NCBI GenBank assembly: GCA_963710685.1
Contig: CAVQBH010000010.1
Span: 15,204 to 79,203 of the forward strand
Reading direction: 5' to 3'
Source of the DNA: an uncultured Methanomassiliicoccales archaeon
Lineage (GTDB): Archaea > Thermoplasmatota > Thermoplasmata > Methanomassiliicoccales > UBA472
Length of the DNA: 64,000 nt
The stretch's first letter is position 1; each line of letters begins with the position of its first letter. Positions 37,296-45,013 of the stretch are shown one piece after another. The notes beneath the pieces are model-generated. The model was given only the letters and a program-made list of their open reading frames with translations. It was not told the DNA's origin and made no database searches. The translations under genes and the position numbers were made by a program.

Positions 37296-38552
37296 TTGTC
37301 GAGCGATATCAAACCTGAAAGACGCGGCATTTTCTTCGGCGTGCCCCACAGGGTCAGGTGGATCATCTACCTGAGCTGCTTCTCAGCGGTGGCCAATGGT
37401 TACCTTACAATGGTCATCTCCGCGTATCTGCCAGAGATCGGCATAAGCTCATCGGACATCGGCCTCCTGCTCGGCGTGAACGGGGCCGCCATGATCCTCA
37501 CCGCCATCCCCTTCGGCATGCTCGCCGATCGCATCGGCCGGAAAAGGATCCTGGTGGTGAGCCTGTCCCTGATTCCGCTGACACTGCTCATCTATGCGCT
37601 GACCAGGGACGTTCCGTTCCTGCTGATCGGTTCAGTGGTGGCCGGCGCCGCCGAAGGCGCGTTCCTGTCCGCGTGGAACGCGATGATCGCCGACATGACA
37701 TCGCCGGGGACCCGCACCAAGGCGTTCTCCATGTCGTTCATCTTCAACGGAGGGTTCACAAGCCTGGGCTTCACACTTCCGTTCATCATCCCTTTCCTGA
37801 TCCCGCTCACTGGGTGGAGCTCCTATGCCCTGCACTCGGGGTTCTTCCTCGTCCTGGCGGCCCTGGCGGTGATATCGCCGGTCATGCTCCACCGGTTGTT
37901 GAAGGATCTGAAAGAGAACGTTCGGCAGCGGGCTCCGGGGGAGAAGAGGTTGGCCCGCATCAAGGGCCCGTACATGCGCCGCATGCTCAAGTTCTCAATA
38001 TTCAACAGCCTGATCGGACTCGGGGCCGGCCTGGTGATCCCCCTGGTGCCGACGTGGCTCTATCTGAAATACGGGATCCCCGACTCCCTGACCGGGCCGC
38101 TGCTAGCAGTATGCAGCATCTCCATAGGTCTGGCCTCATTGTTCAGCGGAAGGATCGCCGAGAAGTATGGGCCGGTCAAAGCGATCGCCTTCACCCAAGG
38201 GACGTCAACGATCTTCATGCTGGCCATCCCTTTCATGCCAGGCGCGGCGCCGGCCGCGATCGTATATTTCATCCGGGCGGCGCTGATGAACATGGCCGGC
38301 CCGATCCTTGATTCCTACCTCATGGGCATCATCACGCCGCCGGAGAGGGGACTAGCCAGTGCCATCAATTCCATCATATGGAGGATCCCGAACAGCGTGA
38401 GCACCGTCATCGGGGGCCTGATGTTCGCCGCTGGCATGTTCGAGTTGCCGTTCATCATCGCCGCCATTCTCTACATCATCGCCATCTCGGCGTTCTTCAT
38501 CAATTTCCGGAACGTCAAGCCGTTGGACGAACAGATCATGCCCGCAACATAG
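37296..38552 (+). CDS. MFS transporter
   Basis: About 12 TM helices. MFS loop motif GMLADRIGRKRILV. TTG start at 37296. Confidence 0.85.
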   Translation: MSSDIKPERRGIFFGVPHRVRWIIYLSCFSAVANGYLTMVISAYLPEIGISSSDIGLLLGVNGAAMILTAIPFGMLADRIGRKRILVVSLSLIPLTLLIYALTRDVPFLLIGSVVAGAAEGAFLSAWNAMIADMTSPGTRTKAFSMSFIFNGGFTSLGFTLPFIIPFLIPLTGWSSYALHSGFFLVLAALAVISPVMLHRLLKDLKENVRQRAPGEKRLARIKGPYMRRMLKFSIFNSLIGLGAGLVIPLVPTWLYLKYGIPDSLTGPLLAVCSISIGLASLFSGRIAEKYGPVKAIAFTQGTSTIFMLAIPFMPGAAPAAIVYFIRAALMNMAGPILDSYLMGIITPPERGLASAINSIIWRIPNSVSTVIGGLMFAAGMFELPFIIAAILYIIAISAFFINFRNVKPLDEQIMPAT

Positions 38553-38649
38553 TAGGAGCGGATGGGACCTTGGTCCTGAGGGCTCTGTCAATTCGCTTTA
38601 CCGCAGGCATATCGAAAGCGTGATATCCACAACTTGAGTTGCCCAGCCG

Positions 38650-39021
38650 ATGGAAACTTGGACGGTGCTCGGCTTTTTGGCAGGAATGCTGACCACGGTC
38701 GGGTTTGTTCCCCAGATCGTCAAGGGATATCGCACCAAGCGCATGAACGACGTGTCCCTGACGATGCCCGTGCTGCTCAGCCTGGGCATGGCCCTGTGGT
38801 TCTTTTACGGAGTGATCCTGGATGACCTCCCGATCATGATGTGGAACATGATCGCCCTGGGACTGAACATTGCCGTCATATGCCTGATAATCAGCTACAG
38901 GCGGAAGCAGAACAGCTCGGAAAAAGATGGCCGGCCCGCCTGTTCTCGACCGCTCTCAATAATTGTGAGAAAGGGCGAGAAAATCTTGAACGGGGCACTC
39001 ATCCATCGAGGAAAAAAGTAG
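38650..39021 (+). CDS. SemiSWEET / PQ-loop family transporter (three TM helices) with C-terminal tail
   Basis: WTVLGFLAGMLTTVGFVPQIVKGYRTKRMNDVSLTMPVLLSLGMALWFFYGVIL carries the PQ motif and the typical 3-TM layout. Confidence 0.75.
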   Translation: METWTVLGFLAGMLTTVGFVPQIVKGYRTKRMNDVSLTMPVLLSLGMALWFFYGVILDDLPIMMWNMIALGLNIAVICLIISYRRKQNSSEKDGRPACSRPLSIIVRKGEKILNGALIHRGKK

Positions 39022-39361
39022 GGGTGTCAGAACACGGGGAAGACACAAGAGATTCATTTTTTGGGGGAGAATATTTCCGAGCCTGACGAATATTGCTTGA
39101 CAAAGTTCTGTATATGGTTATTGGCCCCGTCAGAGGCGGAATAGTGCCTTGATTATTGCGATTCCGGCGGGTTTTTTCAATTGCCCGGAAACCTTCGTTG
39201 ACCACACATATGGGAATCATCGGTTGCCCACCTTTCGACCACGCGGTCACGTGGACGAGGCGACTATCGATCAATGCCTGGATAAGGACCTCCTCTCCAA
39301 TTCTCAGTACCCAGGTTCAGGCAAACCAGGACATCGTCCGGATGGGGAGGGGCGTGCCCCT

Positions 39362-39844
39362 TCACATCTTGCAGGTCCGCATCCCGTGCTTCTCGAAATA
39401 TCTCTGGTGATACTCTTCCCCTTTCCAAAACTTTGTCGCGGGCACGATCTCGGTGACGATGGGACGACCGTATTTCCCGGATTTACCGAGCCTCTCCTTC
39501 GAATCTTCGGCAGCCTTTTTCTGCTCATCGTCAAAATAGAATATGACCGATCGGTACTGGCTTCCCTTGTCCGGGCCCTGCCGGTTCAATTGGGTGGGAT
39601 CGATCATGCCCCAGAATGCATCCAGAAGTTTCTCGTAGGTGACCACCGACGGATCGTAGGTGACCTCGACGGTCTCGGCATGACCGGTCTTGCCGTCATG
39701 GGTGTCTTCGTATCTCGGATTGGGGAAGTTCCCTCCCTCATAGCCGACGGCGGTATCGACCACACCTTTGATCGCCCGGAAATCGGCTTCGACGTGCCAG
39801 AAACAACCGCCGGCGAATGCTGCCTTGCGTAGATCGTTGACCAT
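39362..39844 (-). CDS. msrA: Peptide-methionine (S)-S-oxide reductase
   Basis: AAFAGGCFWHVEADFRAIKGVVDTAVGYEGG ... GHAETVEVTYDP ... DPTQLNRQGPDKGSQYRS. ATG at 39844; the track ORF extends to 39934. Confidence 0.95.
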   Translation of the reverse strand: MVNDLRKAAFAGGCFWHVEADFRAIKGVVDTAVGYEGGNFPNPRYEDTHDGKTGHAETVEVTYDPSVVTYEKLLDAFWGMIDPTQLNRQGPDKGSQYRSVIFYFDDEQKKAAEDSKERLGKSGKYGRPIVTEIVPATKFWKGEEYHQRYFEKHGMRTCKM

Positions 39845-40239
39845 CAGATCATCTCGTACTCTACTTGGAGCCCACAGTCCATATATTTTCGGGTGAGGGC
39901 CTGGTCCTGGAGTTGGCCATACATGCATTTCCAAGGGTCCATGTCAACATCGGCCACCGCGACAATCATCCGTTCCGAAAACGGAGTGTGGTACCGGGAA
40001 CGCCAGGGCGGTCCCTTTCACCCTAGGATACGGCACCGGGGGACCCGGTCCGATGAGCGCGGTCATCCTGGTCGGTGTCATCCATGAATGTTGACTCGGT
40101 CTATGTCAAAATCGGGGGGTGTTCGATCGTATTTCACCGTGCCCCGCCCGTAAGAGGTCATGGTCAAAGTTATAGGCTCGTCGAGCCCCATACCGCCGAT
40201 GATGCCGCACACTTTACCAGCCAGGCCTTCAGAACTTAT
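39844..40239 (-). pseudogene. Possible degraded or frameshifted gene translationally coupled to msrA
   Basis: Three minus-strand frames each hold a protein-like piece. Piece 1: GKVCGIIGGMGLDEPITLTMTSYGRGTVKYDRTPPDFDIDRVNIHG*. Piece 2: MTPTRMTALIGPGPPVPYPRVKGTALAFPVPHSVFGTDD. Piece 3: MIVAVADVDMDPWKCMYGQLQDQALTRKYMDCGLQVEYEMI*. The last stop overlaps the msrA ATG (TGATG). Family not recognised. Confidence 0.3.
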
Positions 40240-40341
40240 CTAGTGGAAACGCCAATAATCATCGGAAATCGATCGACCTCAGGACCAAGACGGCACGATA
40301 GGGGATAATTTATTATCAACGGGGGTCAAATATTATCGTTC

Positions 40342-40749
40342 ATGACAGAGAACGATGAAGAAGGCCGGCTAGAGCTGCACGGCGACGGCGAGGACATCAT
40401 GCGATTCTTGGCCGAGCTAAAGAAAAGGCATTCGAACATCACCAGGCTGTCCGGTAGTTACACCAGCAATGCATCGACCGGGGAGGGCGGGATCGAGGTG
40501 TCATTCACCTGCAGGACGGAAGAGGGCGACATCGAGGCGGTCTATCACGAGAAAACCCCCTCCTGTGCCTCGATCGAAGAGGCGGAGGAGATGAGGATCT
40601 TCAGGAGGATGACGATCAAGGTGCCTCAGGCAGTCTTCGACGAGGAAAAGCACGGTGACATAGTTGACATGGCCAGGAAATGGCTCGGAGACCTGGGGGT
40701 CGAGGTGGAATTACAGGTCACAAAGAAAGAGGAGACGGAAGAGGATTGA
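40342..40749 (+). CDS. Hypothetical acidic protein
   Basis: 135-aa ORF, Glu/Asp-rich, with no recognised motif. A TATA-like tttattat box lies upstream. Confidence 0.45.
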   Translation: MTENDEEGRLELHGDGEDIMRFLAELKKRHSNITRLSGSYTSNASTGEGGIEVSFTCRTEEGDIEAVYHEKTPSCASIEEAEEMRIFRRMTIKVPQAVFDEEKHGDIVDMARKWLGDLGVEVELQVTKKEETEED

Positions 40750-40769
40750 CCGTGTCAACGATCTCATGA

Positions 40770-41228
40770 TCACGGTTTCTTCTCCTTCATCCTTTCCACC
40801 GTTCTGGCAATCCGGGCCGTCCTGGTGTCGGACATCTTCGCACCCTCGACGTATTCTATGTGTTCCCGTTCGGTCCTCGCAGGCAGGGCGACGAACGCCT
40901 CGTAGGCCACCGGGTCAGACGTCAGCGCGTTCCTCAGGTCGTCCGGCACCTCGGGCGGGCCCGTTGACGACATCGCCTCCGCCCACACTACAAATTCGTC
41001 CCCCTCCTTCAGCCGTGCCTCATCCAGCATTTTCTGGTCCGGGTTCAGATAATAGGTGCCGTCACCGTTCGAGATGAATACCCCCTCGAATCCCACCCCG
41101 TTGATCGTTCCTGAGATCGTGATCTCCTCCTGCTCGCCGAGGGAGAGGCTCTGGTCTTTGGTGGTTTCGATGGATGGACCTTCACCGTGAACACCCGGTC
41201 CTAGGAGGCGTGTCTTGAAGATAACCAT
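40770..41228 (-). CDS. DUF1905 + YdeI/OmpD-associated family protein
   Basis: ITISGTINGVGFEGVFISNGDGTYYLNPDQKMLDEARLKEGDEFVVW (DUF1905-like) and PDDLRNALTSDPVAYEAFVALPARTEREHIEYVEGAKMSDTRTARIARTVERM (YdeI-like). ATG at 41228. Confidence 0.75.
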   Translation of the reverse strand: MVIFKTRLLGPGVHGEGPSIETTKDQSLSLGEQEEITISGTINGVGFEGVFISNGDGTYYLNPDQKMLDEARLKEGDEFVVWAEAMSSTGPPEVPDDLRNALTSDPVAYEAFVALPARTEREHIEYVEGAKMSDTRTARIARTVERMKEKKP

Positions 41229-41317
41229 AGATGATCGGTAATGGTTATTTCCAGTTAAATGTATAAAAATAGATTTGGAGGAGGGTCGTGCCGATGGGTA
41301 AAGTCCCTCCCCGAAGC

Positions 41318-41335
41318 GACCCTTTTCCAAGGGTC
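41318..41335 (-). terminator. Perfect 7-bp stem / 4-nt loop hairpin just downstream of the Lys/Ala-rich gene
   Basis: gaccctt-ttcc-aagggtc, 17 nt after the stop at 41352. A role as terminator or processing site is speculative, because archaeal termination usually relies on oligo-T. Confidence 0.25.
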
Positions 41336-41351
41336 GGCACTTAAGCTTGCC

Positions 41352-41834
41352 TCACTTCCATCTTGGCTGGGGCTGCTTCTCGTGCTCTTTGTGGCTGCTC
41401 GTTTTCGTCTTGGCCTTGGTGGCGGTCTTCTTCAATTCGCTGGCGGCCTCAGCTTTCCGCTCCTTCGCGTTAAGCTTCTTGACCACCGGGGTAACCTTGG
41501 TGGTGGCGGCCAGTTTCTTGGCCTCAATCTCCTCAACGCCCTTTCTATAATTTGCATCTGCCACTTTCTTGGTCTTGATCTTTTCAATGGCCTTTTTGGC
41601 CTTTGCGGTCGATTCCTTTTTGGCCTTGGCCTTGAGCGCGGCACTGGACTTCGTCGTCTCATCCTTCGCTACCTTGACCTTTGCAACAGTCTTCTTTGCC
41701 TCTGCTGCGGCCACTTTCTTGACCTGGGTGACGGCCTTTTTGCTCTTGGCGGAGTTCTTTGCCTCAACCTTAGCCGGTTTCTTGGTGTCTGCCTTAGCCG
41801 GTTTAGCTTCTGCCTTAGGCGTTTTCGGTGCCAT
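41352..41834 (-). CDS. Highly basic Lys/Ala/Thr-rich low-complexity protein (histone-H1-like composition)
   Basis: MAPKTPKAEAKPAKADTKKPAKVEAKNSAKSKKAVTQVKKVAAAEAKKTVAKVKVAKDE... 160 aa. A strong TATA-like box sits ~27-37 nt upstream. The overlapping plus-strand ORFs are low-complexity artefacts. Confidence 0.7.
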   Translation of the reverse strand: MAPKTPKAEAKPAKADTKKPAKVEAKNSAKSKKAVTQVKKVAAAEAKKTVAKVKVAKDETTKSSAALKAKAKKESTAKAKKAIEKIKTKKVADANYRKGVEEIEAKKLAATTKVTPVVKKLNAKERKAEAASELKKTATKAKTKTSSHKEHEKQPQPRWK

Positions 41835-41858
41835 ACGGATACTGTTGATGCTCTGGTC

Positions 41859-41871
41859 ATAAATATATATG
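41859..41871 (-). promoter_or_regulatory. TATA-like box for the Lys/Ala-rich protein gene
   Basis: The minus strand reads catatatatttatg ~25-37 nt upstream of ATG 41834. This suggests a strong promoter with a very short leader or none. Confidence 0.4.
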
Positions 41872-42031
41872 TCCCCAATGGAAACACGGCAATGGACTGA
41901 GCGTCGATGGTCCGGGGCCGCAGTTCACCAAATGTCAAAAGAATCGGCAGACACTAAATAAATGAAGGAAAGCTTCTAGAATGGAATGCCACGACGGTGA
42001 ATTGGCCGGTCGGAATCCAGGCAATCAGGCG

Positions 42032-42295
42032 TTACGCATAGGTTATATCGCTCATCGCGTCCCTGATCAGGTCCATCGCTTCTTTGATGAGGGGAACCCT
42101 CCCTTCCAGGACCAGTTTTCCGTTGACGAAGAAGGCTGGGACCTGGGTCACCCCCCGCTCCCTGATCTCTATGCCATCCTGGAGCTTCACGATATCGGCA
42201 TCGATCTTCATTTCATCGACCGCCTCGTGCACTACCTGTTCGAGCCTCTTGCATGTCCCGCAGGTTGATGTGTACACTTCGATTTTGACCGTCAT
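42032..42295 (-). CDS. Small thioredoxin-fold redox protein (MTH895/Thioredoxin_3-like, CxxC)
   Basis: MTVKIEVYTSTCGTCKRLE ... GVTQVPAFFVNGKLVLEGRVPL. Roughly half the residues are identical to 36611..36874 by eye. Confidence 0.8.
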   Translation of the reverse strand: MTVKIEVYTSTCGTCKRLEQVVHEAVDEMKIDADIVKLQDGIEIRERGVTQVPAFFVNGKLVLEGRVPLIKEAMDLIRDAMSDITYA

Positions 42296-42395
42296 ACGAT
42301 TCCTCCAATGTACATGGAATCCTCATGTTCATCTACCCTCGCATCAGAACTGCCGAATATTCGTATCGGCCAGACCCTTCGGAAGGGCGGTTCGG

Positions 42396-42728
42396 TCACT
42401 CGTTCTGCGATTCTTCTTTCCCGATCTCCAACGACTTGGAAAGCGAAGCCGCCACCCAGTCATACCTCCGGTCGATCACATCCCAGGCCAGCCAGGACAC
42501 GATGATCACCGCGACCACCACCTCGAAGGAGGAGATGGGCAATCCATGGAAATCGGGCAGCAGCGGGAACATGAGAAGGATGAGAAGAACTAAGCAGATG
42601 ACCGAGCCCATGTTCATGAAGAGACAGTAGGTGCGAAGCATTCCCGCGAGGCTGTGTTTGCCTTCAGACTTGGAGGACATCGCAAAGGTGATCGTGATCG
42701 CGCTGATCCGCTTGACCGGGTGGATCAT
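42396..42728 (-). CDS. Hypothetical membrane protein
   Basis: 110-aa ORF with TM stretches VICLVLLILLMFPLL and VVVAVIIVSWLAW. It lies downstream of the antiporter on the same strand. Confidence 0.4.
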   Translation of the reverse strand: MIHPVKRISAITITFAMSSKSEGKHSLAGMLRTYCLFMNMGSVICLVLLILLMFPLLPDFHGLPISSFEVVVAVIIVSWLAWDVIDRRYDWVAASLSKSLEIGKEESQNE

Positions 42729-42736
42729 GGCAGGAA

Positions 42737-42928
42737 CTAGATGCTCAGGGCTATCGCGAGCAGCACCAGGGAGGCGATCGATTCGCTGCCGGATGCGGAG
42801 TGAAGATAATCCTTGATGCTGGTGAGAAGGTCGATCACCAGAAGGGTGGCTATTATCAGAACGAAATCGACGAACATGATGTATATCTGTTTCCGCACGA
42901 TCAGATGGATGTCGGAGGAGCGAGCCAT
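42737..42928 (-). CDS. Hypothetical small membrane protein
   Basis: 63-aa ORF (IMFVDFVLIIATLLVIDLLTSIKDYL ... SLVLLAIALSI). It may start at the internal Met (42877), which would avoid overlap with the antiporter. It could be one gene with 42396..42728 if a frameshift is present, but this is unresolved. Confidence 0.35.
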   Translation of the reverse strand: MARSSDIHLIVRKQIYIMFVDFVLIIATLLVIDLLTSIKDYLHSASGSESIASLVLLAIALSI

Positions 42929-44097
42929 TCTTTCACTGGCCTCGAGGCGGGATCCTCCACCCGGGCCAGGCCCCGGATCGTCTTCTTGGGTATCTTTCCG
43001 ATGAACCAGTCAAAGGACCTGGGAGAGGACCGGGAGATGAACGGGAGCAGCACCATCGTGATGACCGCTGCGCCGATCACCGAGGAGTAGATGTCAGTGC
43101 CGTTCAATTTTCCATCCAAAGCGACCTTCGCCACCACGAAGGTGAACTCCCCCATGGCCACCATGGCGGTGGCGATCAGGAGGCTGGAGCGCGCCTTGAA
43201 GTTCGCCGCATAGCAGCCGATGACGACGCTGGTCAGCTTTCCAACAATGAAGATCGCCGCCACGGTTATGGCCAGAGGCAGGCCGGCCCACATCAGACCC
43301 GGATCGAGCTGCAGGCCGATGGAGATAAAGAAGATCGCGGTGAACATCTCCTTCATTGGCTCCACTTTCCTCTCCGCCACATTGCAGCAGGTGGATTGTG
43401 AGATCAGTATCCCGGCCAGGAAGGCCCCAATGGCGACGGAATGCCCGAGGGCGCTGGAGATCAGCGACAGACCGAACCCGATCCCCACCGCCACCAGGAA
43501 CAGTGTTTCCCCGGAATAATGCTGGTTGACCCAATCCATGAACCCTGGGAGCACCGCAGGTCCCAATACGAAGGTTATCCCGATGAAGGAAACGATCATG
43601 ACTATCGTTCCAAGCAAAGAAGGGGAGGTGGCCCCCCCGATGATGGGGGTCGCCATCGCCAGAATGATGATCAGTCCGATGTCCCCCATGACGAGGATAC
43701 CGGTGAAGGCCTTGGACAGATTGCCCTGCATGTGTGCGTCGTCCTTCATGACCCCCAGGACGACCGCGGTGCTGGCACACAAGATGGTCACGCCCAGGAA
43801 TATGGCTTGAGCGCTGCTCATTCCAAGCCCCAGACCGAGGGCGTAGCCGATCACGACCATCATGGTCATCTCGATGGCCACGATGATCATCGCGTAGGAC
43901 GCCACCTTCCTCAGGCCCCGGAGGTTCAGCTCCAGGCCGATGTAGAACATCGGCAACACGATGCCCATGCTGGCGAAGATGGAGACCGTTGATTCCTGGA
44001 TGACCACCTGGGGGAATATATAGGGGCCGAGGAGGAATCCAGCGATGAGATAACCGATGATCGTTGGCAGCCTTAGTTTCTTGAGACTATAGAGCAT
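42901..44097 (-). CDS. Cation:proton antiporter (CPA2 / Na+-H+ exchanger family membrane domain)
   Basis: LRLPTIIGYLIAGFLLGPYIF ... about 11-12 TM helices typical of KefB/NapA-type exchangers. There is no C-terminal RCK domain. Confidence 0.85.
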   Translation of the reverse strand: MLYSLKKLRLPTIIGYLIAGFLLGPYIFPQVVIQESTVSIFASMGIVLPMFYIGLELNLRGLRKVASYAMIIVAIEMTMMVVIGYALGLGLGMSSAQAIFLGVTILCASTAVVLGVMKDDAHMQGNLSKAFTGILVMGDIGLIIILAMATPIIGGATSPSLLGTIVMIVSFIGITFVLGPAVLPGFMDWVNQHYSGETLFLVAVGIGFGLSLISSALGHSVAIGAFLAGILISQSTCCNVAERKVEPMKEMFTAIFFISIGLQLDPGLMWAGLPLAITVAAIFIVGKLTSVVIGCYAANFKARSSLLIATAMVAMGEFTFVVAKVALDGKLNGTDIYSSVIGAAVITMVLLPFISRSSPRSFDWFIGKIPKKTIRGLARVEDPASRPVKEWLAPPTSI

Positions 44098-44395
44098 ATC
44101 CCTGCCACCATCAGCATCAAAGTGATGTGGAAAAGCAGTTCGGTCTCAGAATTCACTAGACGGTCCCCTTCTTTCCCGTGTTATTATTGGCAACATTGAT
44201 ATTTCTTTCCGGCCAAATAGCTGAACGGACCAATATCGCATCAGGTTTGGGGAGATGTCGGTAAGCTTCCCCAAACTGGGGATGCCGGTTGCCTTAGAAA
44301 TCGGATCTAGGTCAGATTATATGTCCGGAAGGTCTCGCCTCCCATCGGAGGCTGATGACCCGCCTGGAGAAGGCCAGGTCCAGAATTAGAACGCA

Positions 44396-44695
44396 TCATT
44401 TCCGATTCGCCGATCGGCTATCTCTCCTTTTCAATGAGATTAGGAAATTCAGCGTCCTCGAGATCTTGCCTTCCCGCTTCTTTTCTTTCTCCCTGCGCTT
44501 TTCTTCCGAGGCATGCTTTTCCACCTCACTGACAAGAAAGAGATGATCGGCGTGCCACTCGTCAGCAGCGTACTGCCTTAGCTCGGAATAACCGCCCCTG
44601 GGCCAGCCAGAGGGGGGAATGGGTCCATACATCATTGTCCCCCCTTGGTGGACTGCGCATGTTCTGCGTTCCGACGGTCCTCCGAACCGTTCCAT
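44396..44695 (-). CDS. Hypothetical protein
   Basis: 99-aa ORF with a Lys/Glu-rich tail (EKHASEEKRREKEKKREGK). The frame stays protein-like upstream of the ATG (GFYEIHYQNGGKTIAVRTG) back to an in-frame TAG, so the true start is unclear. Confidence 0.3.
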   Translation of the reverse strand: MERFGGPSERRTCAVHQGGTMMYGPIPPSGWPRGGYSELRQYAADEWHADHLFLVSEVEKHASEEKRREKEKKREGKISRTLNFLISLKRRDSRSANRK

Positions 44696-45013
44696 TCCTG
44701 TCCTGACCGCAATGGTCTTCCCCCCGTTTTGATAGTGGATCTCATAGAAACCCCTTCGAGTGAATATTGCCTAGACATGCACTTCAATCCGCGTTAACCC
44801 AGGTAGTTCAGAAAGATCCTATATCGATGCCATTAATTCCCGTTTGTATATGCTCTGTTTGAAAAATCAGAACCAGCTCCCTGACCTCATGGCCGCTGGC
44901 CTACCTGGCCAGAAAATGACCATCCCATGCCATCGTCAAATGGTTCGATCCCCTCCAATCAACTCATCCGACCCAATATGAATTGCTCGAACCCTTCTCG
45001 AACCGAACGAGGT

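Noticed and set aside
40240-40242. In-frame TAG codons (here and at 44771..44773) considered as pyrrolysine codons, given the possible Methanomassiliicoccales affinity.
   Set aside because: No start codon or protein-like sequence continues upstream of either TAG, and the genes are not methylamine methyltransferases. Ordinary stops or decayed sequence explain them better.
41259-41938. Several plus- and minus-strand ORFs across the Lys/Ala-rich gene (41259..41900, 41347..41550, 41569..41862, 41432..41662, 41669..41938).
   Set aside because: These are by-products of low-complexity sequence. Only 41352..41834 has a promoter-like box at the right distance and a coherent polycationic product.
42396-42928. 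The two small membrane ORFs considered as halves of one PsiE-like protein split by a frameshift.
   Set aside because: The resemblance rests on a short hydrophobic pattern only (LLVIDLLTSIKDYL ... LLAIALS). I could not derive a convincing junction peptide.
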